Shown: positions 16,712 through 26,369 of the stretch, one piece after another
How the letters are laid out: each line of letters begins with the position of its first letter
Numbering within the stretch: the first letter of the stretch is position 1
Assembly (NCBI GenBank): GCA_965206645.1
Contig: CBDBKE010000002.1
Coordinates: 608,001-672,000, forward strand
DNA: 64,000 bases
Source of the DNA: Terriglobia bacterium
Lineage (GTDB): Bacteria; Acidobacteriota; Terriglobia; JAJPHL01; JAPKYU01
Direction of reading: 5' to 3'
Program-made: the position numbers and the translations under genes
Notes under the pieces: generated by a model
What the model was told of the DNA's origin: nothing
What the model saw: only the letters and a program-made list of their open reading frames with translations
The model's database searches: none

Positions 16712-17989
16712 CTATTGAATATACACGGTTTTGCGCCGCGTGGCGATTTGGCCTTTGGCGTTTTGGTCGGTAATGGTGATTTGATTAGCACCAGGGTTGG
16801 CGAACGGCTGGGTGAAGTGCTTGAAGCTGCCGTCGGGAGCGACCGCAAACACCGGCTCACCGTTCACGATGACCCGGGCGCCGGGCTCTGTCCTGCCCAC
16901 AATCTCCATCACTTGTCCGTGCTGGATCAGCTTGTCCACTTCCAGAAGGATCTCGTCCTCGGGCAATTGCCGCAGCAGAGTAAACTTGTTGGCATCACTG
17001 GTCTGACTCTCCCGGTTCTTGGTGTTCAGGGAAGAGACAGCCCAATAGTAGGTGCCCTCCGGCAGTCCGTTGACTTTCACCGTACTAGAAGCGACTCGGC
17101 GGTCATACACCCGAGTCGAAAAGATCGGGGAAGAAGAAATGCGGAGCCGGTACGCCATCGCCGTGGGGACCGGGGTCCAGGAAAACGTCACCCGGGATTT
17201 TTGGCCCTGGGGCGCCACCACCGGAGCCTGGTTGGCCGGCATGAGAAACAGCGGAGGTTCCATGACCCGCTGCCGGCTCATTTTCCCAGTTTTCCCGCGA
17301 AAGGAAATCTGTTCGTAGGCTCCCAGAACCACTCGCTCGGTTCCACGCAAGACTTCTGAATTCCCCTTCATCAAGGTCAACTCGCTGCGCTCCGACTTCG
17401 GATCACTCTTGACGTTTGCCCGACTATCCTGGCCCATCGTGGCCACTGCGTTGGCAAACAGGACCTTAGATTCGCCCTGGAACTTTGTCGTCAACAGGTC
17501 CACTTGCCCGGAGTTGACCTGGACCGAAACATTGGTGACGTTCGAATCCGGCATGCTGGCGTTCTCTTCCACCACGATCAAGGTATCGGGTAGCATCGTG
17601 TAGACGGTGCCATCGGCGAACGATACGCGCGCGCGCCCGCCTCCGGAGGTTTGCACGACATCCCCCTTTTCCAGGGGCATATCCAGAGAGGCAGAGGCCC
17701 ACTTCACCTCATTGGCCTTCTTGACCCTGACGTTGCCGTCAATGTTCAAAAAGCGAGCCTGCTGCTGCTCGAACACCGGCTCGGCGGTCTCCCGCTTCGA
17801 TGGGAGAAGTCTGGCGAAGCCGCGGCGAATCTGTTCCGGGCACAGTAGATACAAAATGACTGCCGCGGCCAACACCAGCAGCACACCAATGATTGTCACC
17901 GTACGGTAGGAGATCGTGTGCCACTCAATCTCGACCCGGCGATCTGGTTTCTGATCCTTAGGCTCCAGAAACTCGGGGATTTTCGGCAT
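16712..17989 (-). CDS. Membrane-anchored FecR-like/fibronectin-III/Ig-fold protein
   Basis: Single TM near the N-terminus; FecR-like beta region (GD.VQT.GGGRARVSFADGT); FN3-like segment (FSW.PV...YRLRIS...LPEGTYYWAV); C-terminal Ig-like GRTEPGARV.VNG. Confidence 0.7.
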   Translation of the reverse strand: MPKIPEFLEPKDQKPDRRVEIEWHTISYRTVTIIGVLLVLAAAVILYLLCPEQIRRGFARLLPSKRETAEPVFEQQQARFLNIDGNVRVKKANEVKWASASLDMPLEKGDVVQTSGGGRARVSFADGTVYTMLPDTLIVVEENASMPDSNVTNVSVQVNSGQVDLLTTKFQGESKVLFANAVATMGQDSRANVKSDPKSERSELTLMKGNSEVLRGTERVVLGAYEQISFRGKTGKMSRQRVMEPPLFLMPANQAPVVAPQGQKSRVTFSWTPVPTAMAYRLRISSSPIFSTRVYDRRVASSTVKVNGLPEGTYYWAVSSLNTKNRESQTSDANKFTLLRQLPEDEILLEVDKLIQHGQVMEIVGRTEPGARVIVNGEPVFAVAPDGSFKHFTQPFANPGANQITITDQNAKGQIATRRKTVYIQ

Positions 17990-18276
17990 GGTCCAGCGAG
18001 AATACCCAGCTTCCTCCTGCAGGGGCTTCTGCAGCCAAATGTACCACTGGGGTTGACCGGCCGCAACAGATTTTCCCGGCCTTCATCCGGCTTCCCAAGC
18101 CTGCATTCTCGCCCCGGTAGTGGGCTACTTTGAATCCGCAGGAGATGTCGTAGCGGCGGCCTTTGGGCCGCCATGGGGTCTTGGCAGGCTGAAGCATCCA
18201 AAAGGGTCAAAGTAGCCCAGTACCTCACCGTCTGTCTTCTGTTTCCGCTACCGGATCGTTTGCTACACTAACCCTT

Positions 18277-18570
18277 ATGTGGCCTCGCCTGGCCCTGGGC
18301 GCGATCGGGTTGCTTCTAGTCCGTTTTGGGGCAAGGTTTTTCTCCCGTGCCTTGCTTGTGCTGCGTCAGGTATGGCACGAAGCCATCGGGTTTCTCTTCC
18401 TCGCTTTGGCGGTGATGGGAACCTCGACCATCATCCGGGAATGGCATGCCGGCTTCAGCCTGGGCGTTCTACTAGCCTTGGGCTTTACGGTGATGATGGC
18501 CTGCTTCGGCATCGTCTCCTTCCGGAGCGCGCGCAAGGTCCGCCAGGAAGACCAATCTCGCCACCGGTGA
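18277..18570 (+). CDS. Small membrane protein (probably leaderless)
   Basis: Three hydrophobic segments; extended -10 TGcTACACT ends 7 nt before the ATG; ends next to the mutase start. Confidence 0.65.
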   Translation: MWPRLALGAIGLLLVRFGARFFSRALLVLRQVWHEAIGFLFLALAVMGTSTIIREWHAGFSLGVLLALGFTVMMACFGIVSFRSARKVRQEDQSRHR

Positions 18571-18575
18571 AAAAC

Positions 18576-20234
18576 ATGGAAGGCTCATCTCTCCGCCGGA
18601 AAAAAGCCGGTGGCCGGCAGAAGAAGACTGCTGGTCTCGAGCATCAGGAAAAGTTTTCGACTTCCTCCGGACTGGAACTGAATCCCTACTACACCCCGGA
18701 AGACCTGGAAGGGAAAGGCTTCCGGTACGAGACGGACCTGGGCGAGCCGGGCCAGTTCCCCTTCACCCGGGGCCTCTACTCCAACATGTACCGAGGCCGT
18801 CCTTGGACCATGCGCCAGTATGCCGGCTTCGGCACCGCCGAAGAGTCCAACCGCCGCTTCCGCTACCTGATTGAGCAGGGTCAAACGGGCCTCTCGGTCG
18901 CCTTTGACCTGCCCACACAAATGGGAATGGATTCCGACGACCCCCTGGCGGCCGGGGAGGTCGGCAAAGCGGGCGTCGCGATTAACTCGCTCGCCGACAT
19001 GGAGCGGCTATTCGAAGGGATTCCCCTGGAGCGCGTTTCCACGTCCATGACCATTAATGCAACGGCGGCCATCCTGCTGTGCCTGTACGTGGCCGTGGCG
19101 CGCAAGCAGGGCGCCGAGCTGCGCCAGATCTCCGGCACGGTGCAGAACGACATCCTGAAGGAGTACATCGCGCGCGGCACCTACATTTATCCGCCCCGCC
19201 CGGCGATGCGACTGGTCACCGACCTGATCGCCTGGTGCCACCGCGAATTGCCCGAGTGGAATACTATCTCCATCAGCGGCTACCACATCCGCGAGGCCGG
19301 TTCCACGGCTGTGCAGGAGGTGGCCTTCACCTTAGGCAATGCTTTGGCCTATGTCCAGACGGCGGTGGAGGCGGGCCTGGAAGCGGACCAGTTTGCGCCG
19401 CGACTCTCCTTCTTTTTCAATGCTCACAACTACCTGTTGGAGGAGGTGGCGAAATTCCGGGCAGCGCGCCGCTTGTGGGCCCGGTTGATGCGGGAACGCT
19501 TCGGGGCGCGGCAGCCGCGCTCCCTGATGCTGCGCTTCCACGCCCAGACGGCAGGCTCCACGCTCACCGCCCAGCAGCCTGAGGTCAACGTGGTCCGCAC
19601 CACGCTGCAGGCTTTGGCGGCGGTGCTGGGCGGGGCGCAGTCTTTGCACACCAACGCCCGCGACGAGGCGCTGGGTCTGCCCATTCAGGAAGCCGCCCTG
19701 CTGGCCCTGCGCACCCAGCAGGTTCTGGCCAATGAAAGTGGGGTGACCAATACGGTGGACCCGCTGGCCGGTTCCTACCTCATCGAGCACCTGACGGGCG
19801 AGATCGAGCGGGGCGCCCGGGAATATCTCCAGCGCATCGACGCGATGGGTGGAACCTTGCGTGCCATCGAGACCGGTTACATCCAGCGGGAAATTCAGGC
19901 CGCCGCCTATCGGTACCAGAAGGCCGTGGAAAGCGGCGAACAGGTGATTGTGGGCGTGAACCGGTTCCGAACCAACACGGAGAAGCCCGTCCCCGTGCTG
20001 CGGGTGGACCCCCAACTGGAAAGCGAACAGGTGGAGCGCCTCCGCCGCCTGCGCGCTACTCGGGACCCAGCCGCCGCGACGGCTGCCCTGGAGGTGTTGG
20101 AACGCGCCGCGACTTCCTCCGACAACCTGATGCCTCTCATTCTGGCCGCGGTGGAGGCATGGTGCACGGTGGGCGAAATCAGCGCCGCCCTGCGGCGCGT
20201 CTTTGGCGAATACCGCGAAACGGTCGTGCTCTGA
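18576..20234 (+). CDS. Methylmalonyl-CoA mutase, substrate-binding (large) subunit of the two-subunit type
   Basis: [19 protein letters not shown] (Tyr specificity residue), [34 protein letters not shown]. No C-terminal DxHxxG B12 domain. The ORF-track start at 18279 is too long. Confidence 0.93.
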   Translation: MEGSSLRRKKAGGRQKKTAGLEHQEKFSTSSGLELNPYYTPEDLEGKGFRYETDLGEPGQFPFTRGLYSNMYRGRPWTMRQYAGFGTAEESNRRFRYLIEQGQTGLSVAFDLPTQMGMDSDDPLAAGEVGKAGVAINSLADMERLFEGIPLERVSTSMTINATAAILLCLYVAVARKQGAELRQISGTVQNDILKEYIARGTYIYPPRPAMRLVTDLIAWCHRELPEWNTISISGYHIREAGSTAVQEVAFTLGNALAYVQTAVEAGLEADQFAPRLSFFFNAHNYLLEEVAKFRAARRLWARLMRERFGARQPRSLMLRFHAQTAGSTLTAQQPEVNVVRTTLQALAAVLGGAQSLHTNARDEALGLPIQEAALLALRTQQVLANESGVTNTVDPLAGSYLIEHLTGEIERGAREYLQRIDAMGGTLRAIETGYIQREIQAAAYRYQKAVESGEQVIVGVNRFRTNTEKPVPVLRVDPQLESEQVERLRRLRATRDPAAATAALEVLERAATSSDNLMPLILAAVEAWCTVGEISAALRRVFGEYRETVVL

Positions 20235-20285
20235 AGATTGCCGCGCCCGCAGGCAAGTCAACGCGAGGCAGGTCTGTTCAATACC

Positions 20286-20314
20286 TTGACCAGCCTGTTG
20301 ACGGGGCGTAGGAT
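20286..20314 (+). promoter_or_regulatory. Sigma70-like promoter
   Basis: TTGACC-17 bp-TAGGAT. Confidence 0.6.
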
Positions 20315-20339
20315 TGCCAGCAAGAGAGGGTTCTTCCCC

Positions 20340-20453
20340 ATGATTGTCTAAACCTCGGCCACTACCACATCGTCGAGAAGCTCGGCGATAAGAGGAGGCG
20401 TGTCGTGTACCGGGCGCACAATGAACAGCTGGACCGCGATGACACCCAAAAGG
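20340..20453 (+). pseudogene. Decayed 5' end of a Hanks-type Ser/Thr kinase gene
   Basis: Reads MIV*T-GHYHIVEKLGDKRRRVVYRAHNEQLDRDDTQK with one stop and one frameshift, versus the kinase start pattern MIGQTLGHYRIVEKLG.GGMGVVYRA.D..L.R.VA.K. Confidence 0.6.
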
Positions 20454-20470
20454 GAGAGGGAGGTTTCCTA

Positions 20471-21640
20471 ATGGGAATCCGAAACCTGGGTGTGGCGCTA
20501 GTACTTTCTGTTTCCATGCTCTGGGCGCAGGGTGTTGACGAGCGGATGCGGATGGAGGCCGATCGGGTACGGATGGACGAGGGGGACCGGAGGCTGATGG
20601 AGGACGAACGGCAGTCGCAGCAGCTCAAGATGGAGCTGCCGTCCCTCCAGCGGGGGCCGTTCCTCGTGGGGGGGGAGCTGTTCAAGAAAAAGAAGGCCCA
20701 TGAGGAATTTAAAAAAGCGCGCAAGGCCGCGCGTAAGAAGAAGTACGAGAAGGCTCTCCGACGGCTAGAGAAAGCCACCGAGATTTATCCGCGGCACACG
20801 GAGGCTTTCTACGAGATGGGACGGATCTACCTGCAGCAGAATCGAAAGGAGGAGGCACACAAAGCCTTCGAGCAGGCGATCGTCGCAAACCCCAAGTGGG
20901 TGCATTCCTGCCACGATCAACCCCAGCCGTTGCTGGAAACCTCGAACGAGATCTTACGGCTCTATCCCACCCTGAGTGTGGGGCATTTCTTCCACTCCTA
21001 CGTCAACCTGTCAATGGGCCGGTTGGAGGAAGCCGAAAAAAGCGCTCTACAAGCGGATCAACATGAGCACGACCAGGCGCCTCAGATCCATGTGCTACTG
21101 GCCAAGATCTACTTGAAGAAGGGACAGCCGGAGGAAGCCGAGAAGCAGCTGCGCACTTTCCTGGCCAAGCGCGGTTCCTACGCCAGAGCGCTGTACGGAA
21201 AGGCGATTGAGGCCTACGAGAAGGCCATCGCCTTGAAGCCCGACGCTCCGGGCTACCACAACAACCTTGGCCGGGTTCTGGCGTTTGCCGGAAACGCGGA
21301 GGAGGCCGAGAAGGAGCTAAGCACAGCCGCTGAACTGGCCCCGGACAAGGCTGCCCGTTACTTCTTCAACGTGGGCGCCGTGCTCAGCAACAATGGCCGG
21401 AAAGAAGAAGCCATCGAAGCCTTCCGCAAGGCCACCGAAGTTGACCCCAACTACGCGATGTCCTGGTATCAGCTTGGCGTGCACTTGGGCGCCGAAGCCG
21501 AGGTGGATGAGAAGACCGGCAAGTCCATCCCGCCCCCCGACGCGGTGGAAGCGTTGCAAGAGTACTTGGAACTGGAGCCTGACGGGCATTTCGCGGCACT
21601 AGCCAGAACCCGGATACACCTTGCCACCCGGAGCCGGTAG
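20471..21640 (+). CDS. Secreted tetratricopeptide-repeat protein
   Basis: GGAGG RBS; signal peptide (LGVALVLSVSMLWA); multiple TPR units (A...F..A...NP, YHNNLG, YFFNVG). Confidence 0.85.
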   Translation: MGIRNLGVALVLSVSMLWAQGVDERMRMEADRVRMDEGDRRLMEDERQSQQLKMELPSLQRGPFLVGGELFKKKKAHEEFKKARKAARKKKYEKALRRLEKATEIYPRHTEAFYEMGRIYLQQNRKEEAHKAFEQAIVANPKWVHSCHDQPQPLLETSNEILRLYPTLSVGHFFHSYVNLSMGRLEEAEKSALQADQHEHDQAPQIHVLLAKIYLKKGQPEEAEKQLRTFLAKRGSYARALYGKAIEAYEKAIALKPDAPGYHNNLGRVLAFAGNAEEAEKELSTAAELAPDKAARYFFNVGAVLSNNGRKEEAIEAFRKATEVDPNYAMSWYQLGVHLGAEAEVDEKTGKSIPPPDAVEALQEYLELEPDGHFAALARTRIHLATRSR

Positions 21641-21859
21641 GGAAAGTTCAGAAACCAGGTCTATCGCTGTGTGTGCCCGTCCCAATTTTTCTTGGCCTAA
21701 ACGTCCCTGGGCAGGGCCCCCTGGTCCAGGGGTTCACGGGTGGGGTGTCGAATAAGTGTAGGGTGTGGATTGGAGGGTCGGAAATATTAGATAAGCTCAT
21801 GCCTTACAGAGGCAGATGACTTTCAAGGATCCCAGCACCCACAACAAGACAAACAGGGC

Positions 21860-23185
21860 TCAGTTTAAGGTTGGTTTCCAGCGGATCAGGCACGCTCCTT
21901 TGGCCGGATAGTTCCCGTAGGCCGTCAGAATGTGCCCATCGTCCAGCAACGTTGAGCAGAGGTGTCCGCAGGTTATTGCCCAGGGCGTCCCGTCCGCAAA
22001 CTCGAAGTCATCCAGCAGGTAGCGGTGCCCCATATCCCAGGTCTGCCCGTTATCCCGGCTGATGACCGCCCCGCAACCTCGACGGTAACTGGCCAATCGG
22101 CCGCCTTGAACATCCTGCCGCATGATGTGGGTCAACACGATAACCCCGTTCGGCATGCGCAACAGGTGCCCATGCTGTCGTCCCGACTCGTAGAGCACCT
22201 GAGGCACAGACCAGGTTTTGCCCTCGTCCTTGGAGATGGAAATCGCGGTCCCGCAGAGATTGTCATTCACGGTGTGCAGCAGTGGGGGTGGAATATGGGT
22301 TCTTAGGGACGCGACTAGCCAACCGTTAGCCGCCCGCACGAAGGAGTTTTCTCCCACGCTCCGCGTGTAGCTCTTCCCCTGGTATTCCTCCTGCCAGCGC
22401 CATTCCTTGGGCACAGTTTCATCGGTCCAAGTGCGCCCTCCGTCACGGGACCAACGCAGAAAACAGAACGATGGGCCCCCCGGCCAATCACCTTCCTTGA
22501 AGTTCCATCCCCCCGCGGCGATCCTCGTCGCCACCCCCTTCGCATCCCGGTCGACCAACGGGTTGCCTTCGCCATGGAAGAGTCCACCGTTCGGCGGGGG
22601 CTGCAGAGGTTTCCGCTCGGGCCAGGTGCGTCCGTAATCGCTGCTGAAATATTGCATGGGGCGCTTTGGAATCTGGGTGTGAAATCGCAGGTTACCCTTA
22701 CCCAGATAGGTCAACATCACCGGGCGACTGACCGCATTTTCGATGCGCTTTAGCTTCGTCCACGATTCCCCTCGGTCACGGCTGAAAGCGATGGCAGGTC
22801 TTTCGATCCTCTTTTCCCCGCTGGCTTCCACTCCTCGGAGGCCCCACTCGCCTTGATTCTCACATCCTATGAGGACAACCTCCCCGTTGTCCATTTGAGC
22901 CACGCCGAAGGGGCAGAACGACTTGAACTTGGGGTCGTTGTAGGCGAGCTTGCCATTATGCCAATGGAGCAGCTGAATCTCAGCAGGTCGTAGAACCCAC
23001 CCTCCCTTGCCATCAGCCTGCTTCATCCAGTGCGGCTTGAAGCCAAGGTGTCCTTGGTCCTCCTCTGGGCTTGTTGCCGCGCCAGCCGGATTTGGGACGG
23101 GAGAGGAAGGCAAGGACTTGGACATGAGAGGTGACAGAACCGTCAGGGCTCCTGCTTGCTTTAGAAAGGCACGTCGGTTCTTCAT
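21860..23185 (-). CDS. Tat-exported BNR/Asp-box beta-propeller (sialidase-like glycosidase)
   Basis: NRRAFLK twin-arginine motif; five Asp-boxes (SRDRGESW, SSDYGRTW, SRDGGRTW, SKDEGKTW, SRDNGQTW). Confidence 0.85.
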   Translation of the reverse strand: MKNRRAFLKQAGALTVLSPLMSKSLPSSPVPNPAGAATSPEEDQGHLGFKPHWMKQADGKGGWVLRPAEIQLLHWHNGKLAYNDPKFKSFCPFGVAQMDNGEVVLIGCENQGEWGLRGVEASGEKRIERPAIAFSRDRGESWTKLKRIENAVSRPVMLTYLGKGNLRFHTQIPKRPMQYFSSDYGRTWPERKPLQPPPNGGLFHGEGNPLVDRDAKGVATRIAAGGWNFKEGDWPGGPSFCFLRWSRDGGRTWTDETVPKEWRWQEEYQGKSYTRSVGENSFVRAANGWLVASLRTHIPPPLLHTVNDNLCGTAISISKDEGKTWSVPQVLYESGRQHGHLLRMPNGVIVLTHIMRQDVQGGRLASYRRGCGAVISRDNGQTWDMGHRYLLDDFEFADGTPWAITCGHLCSTLLDDGHILTAYGNYPAKGACLIRWKPTLN

Positions 23186-23275
23186 GTTCTTAGCCTCCTA
23201 GGGAAGGGTTTTTGGAGGACGCCCGTGCGGCTCGGCGGACCGTGGTCGCTCAATCCGGAAATCGGCAACCCGAGG

Positions 23276-23365
23276 TGGCGGAGGAGGAGGGATTCGAACC
23301 CACGACACCCTTTCGGGTGTGCTGGTTTTCAAGACCAGTGCCATCAACCGCTCGGCCACTCCTCC
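23276..23365 (-). tRNA. tRNA-Ser (anticodon UGA), CCA encoded
   Basis: GGAGGAG/CTCCTCC acceptor stem; CTGGT-CTTGAAA-ACCAG anticodon arm; long variable arm ACACCC-GAAA-GGGTGT; GTTCGAATC T-loop; discriminator G then CCA. Confidence 0.97.
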
Positions 23366-23543
23366 GCGGCTGCCACCAGAAGCGAGCTAGAGAGGCTTTG
23401 CCCTCCTTCTCGTCCCATGGTTTTCAAGGCTGGGGCAACATTCCAAGTGTGACAGAACCGCAACCACGCTTCAACTGTCCCTGTACTTTCGGTGCCAGAT
23501 TGCCATAGGATTCTGAAAACCAAGTGCCGGAGATTCATCTGCT

Positions 23544-24473
23544 TTGATCCGAGTGGAAAAGTTGCACAAGGAGTTTGACGAGCTGGTGGCCGTGAATGAC
23601 CTGGAGATGGTCGTTCCGGAAGGAGAAATCTACGGCCTCATCGGCCCCAACGGGGCCGGTAAGACAACCACCATCCGCATGGCCTGCGGGTTGCTGGAGC
23701 CGACCAGCGGCAAGGTCTTCATTTCTGGCGTAGATGTACACCACCAGCCGGAGCGAGCGCAGCAGTTCCTAGGCTACCTATCCGATTTCTTTTCCGGGTA
23801 CGAAGATCTCAAGGTCTGGGAGTATCTGGATTACTTCGCCCACGCCTACAAAATGCCGGAGGCCGACATTGCAGCGCGCATTGAAGAAGTGATCCAGCAG
23901 GTGGGTCTGGAAGTGAAGCGCGACGCCATGATCAAGGGCCTCTCGCGCGGCATGAAACAGCGCCTGGGCATTGCCCGCGCCGTGATCCACCGCCCGCGGG
24001 TGCTGCTGCTGGACGAGCCCGCCTCGGGCCTGGACCCAAAGGCCCGCGTCGATCTGCGCAATCTGCTCCAGTCCTTGCGGGACCAGGGGGCGACCGTGCT
24101 GATCTCCTCCCACATCCTTACCGAATTGGAGGGTTTCTGCACTTCCATCGGGCTGATGGAAAAAGGCCGGATGATCCGCAGTGGAAGGATTGAGGAAATC
24201 ACCGCCGCCGAAAGCCGCTACCGGGTGGTGCGCTTTAGCTGGGTAGGCGATGCCGCCAGCGCCGTAGAATCCAGGCTGCAGGCTAATGCCAAAGTTTCAG
24301 GCCTGCTGGTGAAAGAACGCGAGGGAGTGTTCAAGTTCGTCGGCGAACAAGAGGAGCTGGCCGGGCTGCTCGCCGACCTGGTGGCCGCCGGAGTCCGCAT
24401 GGTCTCCTTCGGGGAGGTCAAGAAAACCGTCGAGGACCTGTACCTTAAGCTTTCCGGGCATGAGGTCATGTAG
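23544..24473 (+). CDS. ABC transporter ATP-binding protein (export type)
   Basis: GPNGAGKTT, LSRGMKQR, LLLDEP, SSH. Confidence 0.95.
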   Translation: MIRVEKLHKEFDELVAVNDLEMVVPEGEIYGLIGPNGAGKTTTIRMACGLLEPTSGKVFISGVDVHHQPERAQQFLGYLSDFFSGYEDLKVWEYLDYFAHAYKMPEADIAARIEEVIQQVGLEVKRDAMIKGLSRGMKQRLGIARAVIHRPRVLLLDEPASGLDPKARVDLRNLLQSLRDQGATVLISSHILTELEGFCTSIGLMEKGRMIRSGRIEEITAAESRYRVVRFSWVGDAASAVESRLQANAKVSGLLVKEREGVFKFVGEQEELAGLLADLVAAGVRMVSFGEVKKTVEDLYLKLSGHEVM

Positions 24474-25984
24474 TGCAGTTCTGGCGGAACCCGGAACTGG
24501 TGCGGCACGCCCGGGCTGATTTGCGCCCGGCGCGCGCGCTGATGACCGGGCTGCTGGTCCTGGTGATTTGCCTCCTCCCGGCGCTGGCCTGCTGGAGCGC
24601 TGAGCCTGACAACTTTCGCCTGTTCTCCCGCCTGTTTTATAGCTGGTTGCTCGGGATGCAGTTCGCGGTGATGAGCTTCTGGTGTGCCTCGGCCTGCGGC
24701 CAGGCGCTTTCGCGCGAGCGGGAACTGAAGACCTTCGACTTCTTGAAAACCACCCGCTTGACCGCGGGCGAGCTATTGCTTGGAAAGCTGCTGGGCGCGC
24801 CCATTCTGGCCTACTTCTCCCTGGCTTGCTTGTTGCCCATCTCGCTGCTGGCGGGAATTTTCGGGGGATACCCGCTGCGCGTGCTTTTTTGGACCTACCT
24901 CCTGCTGCTGGCCTTGATGCTGTTTCTGGGCCTGATCGGTTTGTGGATATCGCTGCTACGGGAAAAATCGAGCGGCGTAGTCGGGGCAGTGGGACTTTTG
25001 CCGGTTTCCCTGACGTTCGGCTTGGCCTACAGCTCCTTCCCGGGGGCGGGAGCCATCAGTATTCTTCCTGCCCTCTTTTCGCTTTACGGGATGGACAGGG
25101 AAATCGCCAGCGTGACGCCCAAACTATTCGGAATGCCGAGTTCTTTCCCATTCTTGACGCTGTTCCTCTATGCCGCCTTCGGCGCCTGGCTTGTCCTGAT
25201 GCTGACGCGGAATTTCAAGAAGGATCTGGAGCAGGTCCGCCTCCTCTCCCGGTGGCAGGCTCTCGGCTTTGCGATTTTTCTCAACGCGCTGTTCTATGGG
25301 TTCCTGGACATGGAGAAGGTCTCGCGGCGAACGGGCGTCCCGTTGCTGTCCCCGGAACAGGCATCCAATCTTGCAGTGGCAATGAACGCGGCAATTCTGT
25401 TCCTGCTAGGTCTGGCAGCCGTGGTCCCGCACGAGAAGCTGAAGGTGTGGCGGCGCAAGCGCGCTGTGGCAGAAGTGGCGTACCTGTCCGAGGACGGCCT
25501 GCCGTGGCCCTGGATGGCCATGGCTGCTCTGGCGGCTTACAGCCTCCTGGTTGGCCGAGCCCTGGCCGGCGGGGACTCCATTGCTTTCGCGCGATGGAAC
25601 GTCGGAACGGCAGCCGTCCAACTGCTTGTCTTTCTGCTTTTCATATCACGGGACATCCTGTTCCTTCAATGGTGCAACCTCACGCGGATGAAGCGCCCCC
25701 TGGTCAAAGGGTTTTTCTACCTGTCGCTCTATTACACGGCAGTCTTCATCATAGGAGGTGTTCTCGCGCTCGTCTGGGCACCGTCCAGCCCCACCTTTTT
25801 TGCTTTGACAAATCCATTTACCGTCTTCGGCGCGGAACAACTTGGGCCCGCTGATGTGCCGGGGATTTATCTGGGGATGGCGTTGCAAGTCGCGGTGATC
25901 TGGCTCCTGCTAAGAGCAATCTCACGCCGCCTGGGGCGCCCCTCAACCGCTGCCGCGGCTTCCGGATCGGCCTCCGAATCGTAG
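24473..25984 (+). CDS. ABC-2-type permease-like membrane protein
   Basis: ERELKTFDFLKTT.L....LLGKL motif; about 12 TM segments; coupled to the ATPase gene. Confidence 0.85.
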   Translation: MQFWRNPELVRHARADLRPARALMTGLLVLVICLLPALACWSAEPDNFRLFSRLFYSWLLGMQFAVMSFWCASACGQALSRERELKTFDFLKTTRLTAGELLLGKLLGAPILAYFSLACLLPISLLAGIFGGYPLRVLFWTYLLLLALMLFLGLIGLWISLLREKSSGVVGAVGLLPVSLTFGLAYSSFPGAGAISILPALFSLYGMDREIASVTPKLFGMPSSFPFLTLFLYAAFGAWLVLMLTRNFKKDLEQVRLLSRWQALGFAIFLNALFYGFLDMEKVSRRTGVPLLSPEQASNLAVAMNAAILFLLGLAAVVPHEKLKVWRRKRAVAEVAYLSEDGLPWPWMAMAALAAYSLLVGRALAGGDSIAFARWNVGTAAVQLLVFLLFISRDILFLQWCNLTRMKRPLVKGFFYLSLYYTAVFIIGGVLALVWAPSSPTFFALTNPFTVFGAEQLGPADVPGIYLGMALQVAVIWLLLRAISRRLGRPSTAAAASGSASES

Positions 25985-26369
25985 GTTGCGCTTCAATCCT
26001 GCGGAAATCGCCCGTGTGTTGGCAATCGCTGCCGACACCATTGGGCCAGAGCACCAGGGTTCGCTTCCGGCCTTCTTGACAGGTCGCCAACCGGCATTAT
26101 AGAAATGGTAGTTTGTACGGGAGCTTTGGCAGCACTGGGAAGGCAACCTCGGGAGTGGAGCGCTTCAGCAGCGCACCGGGCTTGCGGACAGGAGTCAGGA
26201 ACTGCCCAGACGGTTGCCAGAGCGGTAGTTACTGCTTCGACTGGCAGGGTCAGGCTTTAGCGCACCTCATGAGGGTTCCTCCCGAAGTTTTTTCCTGGGA
26301 GCAGTGGAAAGCTTGGGGCGGGCTGTGGCCCGAGCACCCCAAACCAGCGCAGAGCAAGGGAGCGGGCGT

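Noticed and set aside
18279-18575. N-terminal extension of the mutase in the ORF track
   Set aside because: It overlaps a better membrane ORF in another frame and has no mutase similarity.
23418-23430. TGGTTTTCAAG copy of the tRNA-Ser anticodon arm as an att site
   Set aside because: Only 11 bp, and on the 5' (promoter) side of the tRNA rather than beyond a 3' island.
26133-26206. Canonical cobalamin riboswitch
   Set aside because: Only 3'-side look-alike motifs are present. The conserved 5' core (GGGAA..GGTG.AA.TCC...CCC..ACTGT) is missing and the downstream genes are not B12-related. Kept only as an unknown leader.
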